A stretch of 64,000 nt of DNA, taken from the IMG/VR virus record IMGVR_UViG_3300009868_000001, positions 45,067-109,066 of that record; one strand, written 5' to 3'. The stretch's first letter is position 1. The number at the start of each line of letters is the position of its first letter. This document shows positions 56,076 through 63,746 of this stretch, one piece after another. The translations under genes and the position numbers were made by a program. The DNA comes from a virus. Lineage: Duplodnaviria; Caudoviricetes. The notes under the pieces were generated by a model. It saw nothing but the letters and a program-made list of their open reading frames with translations, did not search any database and was not told where the DNA came from.

Positions 56076-58031
56076 TTACTTTATCACCGAATATCTTGGG
56101 TCATCATAGATAGCCCAAAGTTCGGTCTCAGGGTCAATAGAACCTGTTTTTATGTTTCGAAGGACTTGAGAGATTGTTCCTTCGTTAAATCCGCTCACTA
56201 GGAGTACGTTTGAAACCTTATCCATTTCCTTGGTTATGGTGTATGGTAGGTCCTTAATACCCCAGAAGATTACCAGTGGGTTCCAACCCATCCTCGAAGC
56301 TTTCATTAAAGTCAGCTTAGGGTGTGTTCCGGTGTTATGTTCACCGTCTGTTATGAATAACAGGGCAGATGGTAGGTCTTCAAGGTTGCATTTACCCTTG
56401 TTGACAAGGTCCATGAAGTATTCAAGGGCAGACGATATGTTTGTCGATGATACTTCCTGAGGGTCAGCAGCCTTTATTGCTGCCAGGTTTTCCGTAAAGG
56501 TCTTACCTGGAGAAAGAACTGCGTATTCTGGGACCTGACGTTGAAACGCTCTTCTTTGGACGTATGGGTTTGGCCTTTCGTCCACATACTTGGAGTTACC
56601 GCAGACGTGGAAGTTGCTTGAGAACCAGCCAAAGGTGTTTCTAAACTCGTCAACTGGGTTTCTTGTGCTTAGAGCGATTGCAAGAGTATATGCAACCAAC
56701 CTTCTGCTCAGGTAGTTTCCGTTGACGTTTATGTCGTTTGCGTCCATCGATCCAGAACCGTCGATTACTGGGAAGACGTTTGCAATAAGGTCCATCTTTT
56801 CGATAAGGGCCTGGTAAGTGGTATTAATCTGAGAGTCAGAATATCTACCACCAAGCAGTTGAACAATTAAGTCTACTGTCTGCATACCGGTTGCCTTAAC
56901 TTTAAGTTGAGTCATCAGTTCCTTTTTCTTCTGTGGGTCTTCTACTCCATGAACGGCAAGCTCCCTTAGGGAGTCAGCGACTTTTTCTTGTCCCTTTTCC
57001 CATTGAATATACCATTCACCAAGTTTTTCCCACTTAGGCCTTGCGTTAAGCTTACCCTTCTCGTCCTTGAAAGCAAGCATCCTTGCTACACGGAACCTTT
57101 GACCAGCTGTCAGCTTGTCAAGAAACTCATCAAAGTCTGACTTTGCCATTCCTAAGACATTCTTGCTTGAGAACTTCTGTTCTGCTGAGTCTTGCTTTTT
57201 ACGGAAGTCTCGGTACTGATCAGTTGTCCAACCCATAACCTCACAGAAATTCCTTATCCAGGCATTGACAAACACTTGTTTCTTAAGTGTTGCTCCCTTC
57301 TTTTGACGTGAGTATGTAACTATATCACCGACCTTAACCTTTATGGTAGGACCCTCAACTCTCTCACCGTTTACCTTAATCCATTCACGACCGTCAATTT
57401 TTACCTTAAACTCGGTCTTATCTTTCTTGGCCTTAACTACGAGCTTGCTTACACGGTTCTTACCTGTCTGATATTTAGGTAAGTGTCTTGCTATCAGGCG
57501 TAGGTCTCGTCCTGCTCTGATTTGAGATGCAAGAAACTCATGAACAACCTCAGGCATTGGAAACAGTGTCTCTTCTGAGATGACATTACCCTTTTTCCTG
57601 TCAGTAGTTATCTGGTAGAACATAAGGTTCTCATACAAAGTAAACTCTGCAATAAGCTTAATGTTTCTCTTAAACGATTCAGGCATCTTCTTTTCCCACC
57701 ATCTTAGGATGGAACGGAATATTGAACGTTCTTGTGCACCGCCTGTCTGAGACTTGATACCAAGTTCCTTGAGCACGTTGTGTTGACGAGAAACGTCACC
57801 AATATGAATGAAGATACGCTCAAGTAGTAGCTCAAACCCTTCCTTCTTTACTTCTGCATATGCCTTGTCCAGGTGTGCATGAATTAAAGAATCAGATTTA
57901 CCTTTAGCTGTCCTTAAGAACTGCAGGGTCTCCAATGTTTGTGGGAAACGTGGCTTGTCACTTGATGTGTTGCTTCCTATTTGAAGCTTTCTTGGTCTCT
58001 TAGTTGAGACGGTTGATGCTGTCTGTGTCAT
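56076..58031 (-). CDS. DUF2828/TROVE-like helical domain + vWA domain protein (Ro60-related architecture)
   Basis: GGAQERSIFRSILRW and LIARHLPK resemble DUF2828 motifs; vWA MIDAS DGSGSM, ST and ITDG. Confidence 0.7.
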   Translation of the reverse strand: MTQTASTVSTKRPRKLQIGSNTSSDKPRFPQTLETLQFLRTAKGKSDSLIHAHLDKAYAEVKKEGFELLLERIFIHIGDVSRQHNVLKELGIKSQTGGAQERSIFRSILRWWEKKMPESFKRNIKLIAEFTLYENLMFYQITTDRKKGNVISEETLFPMPEVVHEFLASQIRAGRDLRLIARHLPKYQTGKNRVSKLVVKAKKDKTEFKVKIDGREWIKVNGERVEGPTIKVKVGDIVTYSRQKKGATLKKQVFVNAWIRNFCEVMGWTTDQYRDFRKKQDSAEQKFSSKNVLGMAKSDFDEFLDKLTAGQRFRVARMLAFKDEKGKLNARPKWEKLGEWYIQWEKGQEKVADSLRELAVHGVEDPQKKKELMTQLKVKATGMQTVDLIVQLLGGRYSDSQINTTYQALIEKMDLIANVFPVIDGSGSMDANDINVNGNYLSRRLVAYTLAIALSTRNPVDEFRNTFGWFSSNFHVCGNSKYVDERPNPYVQRRAFQRQVPEYAVLSPGKTFTENLAAIKAADPQEVSSTNISSALEYFMDLVNKGKCNLEDLPSALLFITDGEHNTGTHPKLTLMKASRMGWNPLVIFWGIKDLPYTITKEMDKVSNVLLVSGFNEGTISQVLRNIKTGSIDPETELWAIYDDPRYSVIK

Positions 58032-58048
58032 ATTAATTAAAAAATTTA

Positions 58049-58106
58049 AGACCGACTAATTTCATTTTTTCCACAAAAACTGAGTTTTGATTTTCTAAGT
58101 CGGTCT
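58049..58106 (-). ncRNA. Leader stem-loop with CU-UAGAA/AUU-AG junction motif (element A)
   Basis: 9-bp stem AGACCGACU/AGUCGGUCU ending 17 nt upstream of the vWA gene start. Confidence 0.65.
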
Positions 58107-58167
58107 GTTAAAAATATCGAACGAAAGAGCCCCTTGTTGTTCAAGGAATATTAAGCTCAGTCATTCT

Positions 58168-58247
58168 TGGTGCCCGAGGCCGGATTTGAGCCAGCCATAC
58201 CTTCGCTTATAAGGCGACGATTTACTTCATTTTCTTCTATCTCAGGC
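58168..58247 (-). tRNA. Atypical tRNA-Ile(UAU)-like
   Basis: Acceptor GCCUGAG/CUCGGGC-A-CCA and anticodon loop CUUAUAA. T-loop is CUCAAAU and the D-arm pairs poorly. Confidence 0.6.
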
Positions 58248-58251
58248 ATAG

Positions 58252-58360
58252 AGAGGGACCATAAGGTATCTAAGGTACTGTTCGCGTCTTCACTTAGATT
58301 TTCGGTGGACGGTATTGCTCCTTCCGTTTACTCCTCTTTGTTAGGTGACAAAGACCCTCT
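58252..58360 (-). ncRNA. Putative multibranch structured RNA
   Basis: Closing stem AGAGGG/CCCUCU with three internal hairpins. Confidence 0.4.
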
Positions 58361-58445
58361 TGAAAAACCAACTTTTTGTTTAGGCTTAATAGGGCAAGCC
58401 CAGTAGAAAAAGTCATAAAAATATCTAAAATCCCGGCATAAGTTT

Positions 58446-58561
58446 ATCCTTCTAATGATGTTTGAAACGACTGGGATCGAACCAGCAACGGATTGTTTGG
58501 ATTACAATTGGCCTACCTATTGGCCAACATTTCACATTGTTTTACGTATTCTAAGAAGGAT
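58446..58561 (-). ncRNA. Y-RNA-like RNA: tRNA module enclosed in an outer stem (element B)
   Basis: Outer stem AUCCUUCU/AGAAGGAU around an inner cloverleaf with D-arm GGCC/GGCC and T-arm GCUGG-UUCGAUC-CCAGU; no free CCA end. Confidence 0.75.
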
Positions 58562-58571
58562 TTAAGCTCTT

Positions 58572-59054
58572 TTATTCTTCGCCTACCAGGTCCTCACCAA
58601 ATTTGGTTTGGAACTCAGACAGCTTAGAAGTAGCGTCCTTAATCTTGTCCTCAGTCGACTTGTTTTGGTCGATGAATTTCTTAAGGTCACGTGCTTCTTT
58701 CTGTGCCTTCTTGTATTCAGCAGTTTCTTTTTGGTAAACGTATGCTGCACGCAAGAACAGGTATATGTCGAAGAAGGTTACCTTCACTTTCTTACCACGA
58801 CCGGTAGTATGAGTGAATGCAACTGAAGTGTCTCCTAAAATAGGGTCATCGCATGAGGTGTTTATCTTCACAGCAACTTCCAACATCTTATTACGCAGTT
58901 GGTTTATGCTGTAAAGTTCAGGGTCAGTCAATTCGCCCCATTTTGCTTCAACTCCTGAGGCCAGTTTATTCATCTGAACTCCGAGGTTGTTTTCAGTGAA
59001 CTTCAGCTTAGCTGCGTTCATTTGTTCTTCTGTGATGTTCTTGAAATCTGTCAT
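58572..59054 (-). CDS. Hypothetical helical protein
   Basis: 160-aa ORF at the head of the ncRNA/vWA unit. Confidence 0.65.
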   Translation of the reverse strand: MTDFKNITEEQMNAAKLKFTENNLGVQMNKLASGVEAKWGELTDPELYSINQLRNKMLEVAVKINTSCDDPILGDTSVAFTHTTGRGKKVKVTFFDIYLFLRAAYVYQKETAEYKKAQKEARDLKKFIDQNKSTEDKIKDATSKLSEFQTKFGEDLVGEE

Positions 59055-59104
59055 ATCTTTAAATGTGTTTTGTTATTATACTTAATTGATTGTCTGATTG
59101 GATG

Positions 59105-59347
59105 TTATGCTTCAACTTCTTCTTCATAATGAGCAAGACTTGAAAGTCCCAGCTCTTCAAACTTATGAGAAAATGCTTTATATAACTCCCAGGTACCTTT
59201 TATAGAAAAAAGATACCCGTCTCTATTGGAGACACGGTGGGTCGAATGATATCGTTGGTCGACGTCTGACTCATTAAGTTCAGACAGCATGAACCTAACT
59301 TTGTCTGCTGACTCGTCTGTGTATGCCTCGAGGTAGAACTCAATCAT
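59105..59347 (-). CDS. Hypothetical protein (80 aa)
   Basis: Start moved to MIEFYL because the longer ORF runs through tRNA-Asp. Confidence 0.55.
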   Translation of the reverse strand: MIEFYLEAYTDESADKVRFMLSELNESDVDQRYHSTHRVSNRDGYLFSIKGTWELYKAFSHKFEELGLSSLAHYEEEVEA

Positions 59348-59363
59348 CTTTAATTTTTTAGTG

Positions 59364-59437
59364 CGGAATGGATGGGACTCGAACCCACGACCTCCGCCGT
59401 GACAGGGCGGCATTCTAACCAGCTGAACTACCAATCC
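59364..59437 (-). tRNA. tRNA-Asp(GUC)
   Basis: Canonical cloverleaf, anticodon loop CUGUCAC, G73; CCA not encoded. Confidence 0.93.
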
Positions 59438-59495
59438 GAATCGAGACAGCGGCACCCAGGGAATCCTATACCTCGGCTGTACACACCTTTCAGTC

Positions 59496-59687
59496 TTACG
59501 ACCTACTGGAGCCTGTCTCTTTACATTTATCGCAATAACAAGGTTCAAGGTCTATTTCACCTCTCATGGCCTTTCTTTCATCATCTGTGAAAGAACTTCC
59601 AGTTCTTATTATTACACTACACCCAGAACAAAGTAAGGCACCAAGACCTCCATTAAACTTAAAAATTGCTTTGTCCTTTGGGCGCAT
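59496..59687 (-). CDS. Small zinc-finger protein
   Basis: FNGG.GALLC..C ... C..C pattern. Confidence 0.6.
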   Translation of the reverse strand: MRPKDKAIFKFNGGLGALLCSGCSVIIRTGSSFTDDERKAMRGEIDLEPCYCDKCKETGSSRS

Positions 59688-59690
59688 TTT

Positions 59691-60395
59691 TTACAATTTT
59701 TGTAATTTACCACTATCAAACCATATTGGAATTTTCTGAGTTAATTCACAATATGCCTTAAGTGCTCTTTTCTTCTCTTCAACTGTTAAAAAATAAAACG
59801 GACGAGTTTCCTTTAATGTTGAGTTTTTACTTATCGTAGACTTACATTCAAGAATAATAATTCCGCCATCTTCTTTTTCAATCAAGAAATCAGGATTAAA
59901 GTAGTGATTCTTATTATTATATTGATACTTAATAGAAAAATCACAGCGTCTAATATCCTTAATTTTATATTCTTTTATTATTGCAACTATTCCTAATCTT
60001 TCAATATTTGAATCACATCTCACTTTAATGTTTTTAAATTCAAATATCGATTTCTTATTACCAAAAGAAAAACCAGCTTTACCTTCTCCGTTTCGTAAAC
60101 TTATAATTTTACCAAAAGATTCTCGTTTATCTTCAGTCCAAAATATTTTTCTGGCACATTTACGAGAACATGTTTTCTGTTTTCTTTTATTCCAATGTAC
60201 AGTAAATGGTTTTTCACAATTATTGCATATTAAAGTAACATCTGGATTTCCTTTACCGATCATTCGACCGGAGATACTTTTATTAATCTCCTTTCTCTTA
60301 GCTTTTGTGCTAAATCCTCTAGCACACTTTAAAGAACAAAATCTTCCACTACCGTAACTTCCATCATGTTCACATTCACAATTTTGACAAATCAT
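59691..60395 (-). CDS. Putative homing endonuclease (zinc fingers + PD-(D/E)xK/TnsA-like domain)
   Basis: CxxC clusters, S..E, PDF and LECK motifs; directly downstream of tRNA-Val. Confidence 0.7.
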   Translation of the reverse strand: MICQNCECEHDGSYGSGRFCSLKCARGFSTKAKRKEINKSISGRMIGKGNPDVTLICNNCEKPFTVHWNKRKQKTCSRKCARKIFWTEDKRESFGKIISLRNGEGKAGFSFGNKKSIFEFKNIKVRCDSNIERLGIVAIIKEYKIKDIRRCDFSIKYQYNNKNHYFNPDFLIEKEDGGIIILECKSTISKNSTLKETRPFYFLTVEEKKRALKAYCELTQKIPIWFDSGKLQKL

Positions 60396-60397
60396 TT

Positions 60398-60428
60398 AAG
60401 TTCGAGTTTTTATTATTTATTCGAACTT
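60398..60428 (-). promoter_or_regulatory. Start-proximal hairpin with late promoter in its loop
   Basis: AAGTTCGA/TCGAACTT enclosing ATAAATA, 2 nt from the ATG. Confidence 0.7.
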
Positions 60429-60444
60429 TCGACTTTATATATTG

Positions 60445-60518
60445 TAGGAGTAAGCAGGATCGAACTGCTGAACCTCATCGATGTCAACGATGCGCTCTTC
60501 CAACTGAGCTATACTCCT
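60445..60518 (-). tRNA. tRNA-Val(GAC)
   Basis: Canonical cloverleaf, anticodon loop UUGACAU, A73. Confidence 0.92.
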
Positions 60519-60779
60519 ATTTGATGTCGGCATCTGCATCTTTACCTGATTCGGCTGCCGACATCAATTCCTTTAGGCTTCAGAGGTGACCTCCTCCACC
60601 CATTTACTTCTTCTGCTGTCCAAACTAAGTTTGTTCTAAACAGTCTCCATCACCAGCTTTCAGGAAAATCCGTCAGTCACTACTTTGTTTCTCTTTGAAG
60701 CTTCTCAGCCTCTTCTCTTGTTTCCGCTTCTACAAACGAGTAGGGAGCGTGGTACCCATCAGTGTGGGTCCATTCGACC

Positions 60780-60968
60780 TTAAACAGTCGAAGTGGTAGC
60801 TTTTGCCTTTTCATCTTTCGTTAGGTCCCATTGATAATTAAGCCACATCGCTGGGCTTTCGTTCTTTAGGATTTGTTTTTGTCTCGGCGTACAGTCATCG
60901 ATGCTTTTGATCCCCTTGCTTTCAAGGAAGATCTGAATTAAGTCCGACTTTTTAACAACGTTACGCAC
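60780..60968 (-). CDS. Hypothetical protein
   Basis: 62-aa ORF coupled to its upstream gene. Confidence 0.5.
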   Translation of the reverse strand: MRNVVKKSDLIQIFLESKGIKSIDDCTPRQKQILKNESPAMWLNYQWDLTKDEKAKATTSTV

Positions 60969-61353
60969 TTTCCCCTTCTTTTATCCGTTCTTCCCTGTGT
61001 TTATCACAAAGGGTTAAAATCCAACTAGGCGACTTCTTAGCCATTCCAGGTTCTCCACACTTCTCACAAGTCTCATATGACTTGTTTTCGGCTTCTCGGA
61101 TGGCTGCAAATATCTCAGGCGAACCATCATTGATATAGAAGCGTAAGCCTCCGAACTTTTCCTTAACTTGGCATATCTCTCGGTTCCAACCAAGCTCAAT
61201 AAGCTTTTCAATCAGATCCTTTACGATGGAGTACCATCCTGGTCCTATTGAAAAAAAGCCGTGTGAGACTATCTTTGGTCGATCAGGATAGCGTCCGTTT
61301 ATCAGCCCACCAACCTTAAACTCTAAGAAATCGTCAAACTCCTTTTCGGTCAT
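60961..61353 (-). CDS. Conserved phage hypothetical protein
   Basis: GW, QVKEKFGGLRFY and CE.CG...TLC..H motifs. Confidence 0.7.
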   Translation of the reverse strand: MTEKEFDDFLEFKVGGLINGRYPDRPKIVSHGFFSIGPGWYSIVKDLIEKLIELGWNREICQVKEKFGGLRFYINDGSPEIFAAIREAENKSYETCEKCGEPGMAKKSPSWILTLCDKHREERIKEGESA

Positions 61354-61357
61354 AACC

Positions 61358-61690
61358 TTATCCTCTTAAATAAGTATTATTTAATGACTTTGCCTGGATC
61401 GAAAACGGAAGTTCATCCAAAACATATTGGTTAAACTCGCTTTGTAATAACTCTACAACCTCTTCAATTTCCCATTCAAACATCTTGATGATCTTATCAT
61501 ACTCATCAGAGATGTTTACCGGTGAAACCAGATGTAGGTGGAGGCTCAATTCGCCGTTACGAAGCTTCTTTGTCTGCTCGCGTAACTGTTTTTTAGCTTC
61601 TACCCTGTAGGCCACTACCACTTTTTCGTATTCGACAATGTGGCTTTCTTTGTTTTCCTTGATTTTTGCAAGGAGGTCTGCCCTTTTCAC
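61358..61690 (-). CDS. Hypothetical protein
   Basis: 110-aa helical ORF. Confidence 0.6.
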   Translation of the reverse strand: MKRADLLAKIKENKESHIVEYEKVVVAYRVEAKKQLREQTKKLRNGELSLHLHLVSPVNISDEYDKIIKMFEWEIEEVVELLQSEFNQYVLDELPFSIQAKSLNNTYLRG

Positions 61691-61715
61691 GGTGACAGTC
61701 GGTCTGAGTTATGTC

Positions 61716-62333
61716 TCATTTTCTTCCTTTTACCCAGCCTTCCGGAATTAGTTGGCTTTGTTTTATCTTTTGATTTTTAAATCCATTAGTTATCCACATT
61801 GTTCCAAATTGAGAGTTTTTATTTCCGATTTTTAATTTGGCTTTTTCACTCATTTTCATTTTAGCTTCAAAGCTGTGTGTCTTACCTTTCCAATTTGGAA
61901 TTTCTATAACACCGTCTTTATGTAGGTTTATAAAACGTCTTCTTTGTCTTTGTCGATTCTCTTCACTACTTCCTGAAATTTTTCCGCCTAATGTATGAAA
62001 ACTTAAAAGTTTTTCAGCGTCGTCTAATATTGACTTAGGAATTCCTCCCTGCCCGCCGTGTGTTAAATTCATACATAGCTGATCTTTCAAAAGATCATCA
62101 TTCACTAACTCCGCTTCACGTTTTGCTAACTCTTCTCGTGAATCATATTGTTCTAAAATCTCCAGAACATGATTCTTTTTACCGTGTTTATATAAAGAAC
62201 GCCTCAACCTTAACCCTGAACCTAAATACCCATCGTCTAAGTTATCGGTTGAGTGCATCCCAACGTAAAACCTATTTGTTACTTTACAAGTCGTCTTGTA
62301 AATGTAATGATATTTATGTTCCTTTCTTGGCAT
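61716..62333 (-). CDS. GIY-YIG (Seg-like) homing endonuclease with NUMOD3 motif
   Basis: YIYKTT...FYVG.H, YLGSG, E and N catalytic pattern; GKTHS.E.K.KMS. Confidence 0.85.
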   Translation of the reverse strand: MPRKEHKYHYIYKTTCKVTNRFYVGMHSTDNLDDGYLGSGLRLRRSLYKHGKKNHVLEILEQYDSREELAKREAELVNDDLLKDQLCMNLTHGGQGGIPKSILDDAEKLLSFHTLGGKISGSSEENRQRQRRRFINLHKDGVIEIPNWKGKTHSFEAKMKMSEKAKLKIGNKNSQFGTMWITNGFKNQKIKQSQLIPEGWVKGRK

Positions 62334-62379
62334 CTCAGTATTCCTTTAGACTATTTATCTAACGAAAGTACAAAGATGC
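62330..62379 (-). promoter_or_regulatory. Start-sequestering hairpin with late promoter in its loop
   Basis: GCAUCU...UUAGA-UAAAUAG-UCUAA...AGAUGC; the AUG is in the stem. Confidence 0.75.
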
Positions 62380-62386
62380 ACTGGTG

Positions 62387-62460
62387 TTGCCCCGACGGGG
62401 TTCGAACCCGCATTTTCGCCTTGAGAGGGCGATTACCTAAGCCAATTAGTAGACAGGGCC
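62387..62460 (-). tRNA. tRNA-Glu(CUC)
   Basis: Cloverleaf with anticodon loop CUCUCAA; 1:72 appears mismatched. Confidence 0.85.
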
Positions 62461-62465
62461 ATAAA

Positions 62466-62566
62466 GAGCTCCACTGAAACGATTTGAGACGGTAGTCCAG
62501 TTCCGTTCTCCCCTTTACAGGGTTGTTGTGTGCATTCCAGCCGCTTTGGACCAGCGTTTGGAGCTC
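62466..62566 (-). ncRNA. Structured RNA with predicted loop-loop pseudoknot
   Basis: Five helices, a GUAA tetraloop, and complementary loops GGUCCA/UGGACU. Confidence 0.65.
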
Positions 62567-62576
62567 AAATAAGTTT

Positions 62577-62716
62577 GATTAACGTAACCTCCTCATATCC
62601 CTTTACTCTTGGGGTTTACAAACCTTCGAAAGTCTGCTGGCTGACCTTTCAGTCATCGTCTCAAACAACAGGGTATAGCGATGTCTGAGTTCATTTCGTT
62701 ACTACCAACGTTAATC
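62577..62716 (-). ncRNA. Multibranch structured RNA
   Basis: 9-bp closing stem GAUUAACGU/ACGUUAAUC with internal hairpins, one with a GAAA loop. Confidence 0.55.
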
Positions 62717-62739
62717 GTTAGGCTATTATACCTAACTTG

Positions 62740-62816
62740 CGGAACCGATGGGATTCGAACCCACCTGATTGTACTCCGTGACAGGGAGACGTCCACTCCG
62801 AGCAGACCCCGGCTCC
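62740..62816 (-). tRNA. tRNA-Asp(GUC), atypical D-arm and 8-nt variable loop
   Basis: Acceptor GGAGCCG/CGGUUCC-G, loop CUGUCAC, canonical T-arm; G at position 8. Confidence 0.85.
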
Positions 62817-62821
62817 GTATT

Positions 62822-62918
62822 GTCTGACAGCCGTAAGCTATTACCTGCGGCATTTCTTAGCAACTTTGCATACTTACTCGCGAGCCATATGCAACACCAC
62901 ATTTTACGGCTGTCAGAC
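62822..62918 (-). ncRNA. Rod-like structured RNA between two tRNAs
   Basis: 15-bp perfect terminal stem with nested 9-bp and 7-bp stems. Confidence 0.6.
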
Positions 62919-62924
62919 CGTTAG

Positions 62925-62997
62925 TATCGCGTAGGGAATTCGAATCCCTGTTACCTCCGTGAAAGGGAGGGGTCCTAGGCCACTAGACGAACGCGAC
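62925..62997 (-). tRNA. tRNA-Glu(UUC)
   Basis: Canonical cloverleaf, loop CUUUCAC. Confidence 0.93.
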
Positions 62998-63006
62998 GTC
63001 TTTATG

Positions 63007-63089
63007 TATCGCATGCGGGGCTCGAACCCGCCCACATCTTTCGAATACGGCTTGAAAGGCCGTTGCCCTACCTACTAGGCGAATGCGAC
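63007..63089 (-). tRNA. tRNA-Glu(UUC) with 15-nt variable region
   Basis: Acceptor GUCGCAU/AUGCGAU-A, loop CUUUCAA, variable region AUUCGAAAGAUGUGG. Confidence 0.82.
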
Positions 63090-63700
63090 ATTTTTCTTCC
63101 TTTTTTCCATCCTTTTGGAATTAAGGAGTCTTTCTTTATTTTCTTATTTTCAGATTCATTAGTTATCCACATTGTTCCAAATTGAGAGTTTAATATTCCT
63201 GTTTTTAACTCACTTAATTTAATTTTAGTTTCCTGTGAATGAGTCTTTCCATACATTGGATTATTTTCTCCCTTTTGAATTCCTCTTTCAATAGAAGTCT
63301 TAGATATTTGCTGTTTAGTTTCCTGTGAATGCTTCTTTCCTAAAAATCTTTTATGAATACTGTTCCATTTTTTATTTTTAGAAGCGTTTGCATCTTTATT
63401 ATATGCAGTCCATCCATTACCTCCTCCTAACGCTAAATTCATACAAAGAGGATCTCTCAAAATTTCTTCAGTTACTAACTGAATTTCTCCTTTTGTTAAA
63501 TCTTCCCGACTCTCAAAGAACTCTAAAATCTCAATCTTATGATTTTCCCTTCCATATTTATAAAGAGATCGTCTTAAGACTATTCCTGAACCTAAATAGC
63601 CATCATCCAACTTACGGGTCGAATGCATGCCTAAGTAATATCTCCCGTTTATCAAACACGTTGTTTTATACGTGAAATGATATTGTTTGACATTTGACAT
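63068..63700 (-). CDS. GIY-YIG (Seg-like) homing endonuclease with NUMOD3 motifs
   Basis: FTYKTT...YYLG.H, YLGSG and two GK.HSQETK repeats. Paralogue of 61716-62333; its last codons overlap tRNA-Glu. Confidence 0.85.
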   Translation of the reverse strand: MSNVKQYHFTYKTTCLINGRYYLGMHSTRKLDDGYLGSGIVLRRSLYKYGRENHKIEILEFFESREDLTKGEIQLVTEEILRDPLCMNLALGGGNGWTAYNKDANASKNKKWNSIHKRFLGKKHSQETKQQISKTSIERGIQKGENNPMYGKTHSQETKIKLSELKTGILNSQFGTMWITNESENKKIKKDSLIPKGWKKGRKMSHSPSR

Positions 63701-63746
63701 CTAAGTGAAACTTTAAGATATTTATCTAGAGTTTAGCACTTAGATG
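63698..63746 (-). promoter_or_regulatory. Start-sequestering hairpin with late promoter at its apex
   Basis: CAUCUAAGUG/CACUUAGAUG 10-bp stem containing the AUG; ATAAATA at 63719-63725. Confidence 0.78.

Noticed and set aside
1715-56460. Numerous short antisense or alternate-frame ORFs in the track
   Set aside because: They lie wholly within well-supported genes and show no motifs; treated as shadow ORFs.
58167-58406. 79-aa plus-strand ORF (also 59372-59590, 62253-62477 and 62653-62853)
   Set aside because: These are translations across tRNA or ncRNA sequence, with typical antisense-tRNA peptides such as GFEPA and GLEPTTS.
59348-59548. N-terminal extension of the 147-aa ORF
   Set aside because: It runs through a canonical tRNA-Asp; the downstream ATG at 59347 is more plausible.
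58252-62918. Hammerhead, HDV-like (theta) ribozyme or SRP identity for the intergenic RNAs
   Set aside because: I could not find CUGANGA/GAAA cores, a nested HDV double pseudoknot at tRNA 3' ends, or the SRP helix-8 motif by eye. A covariance search is still needed.
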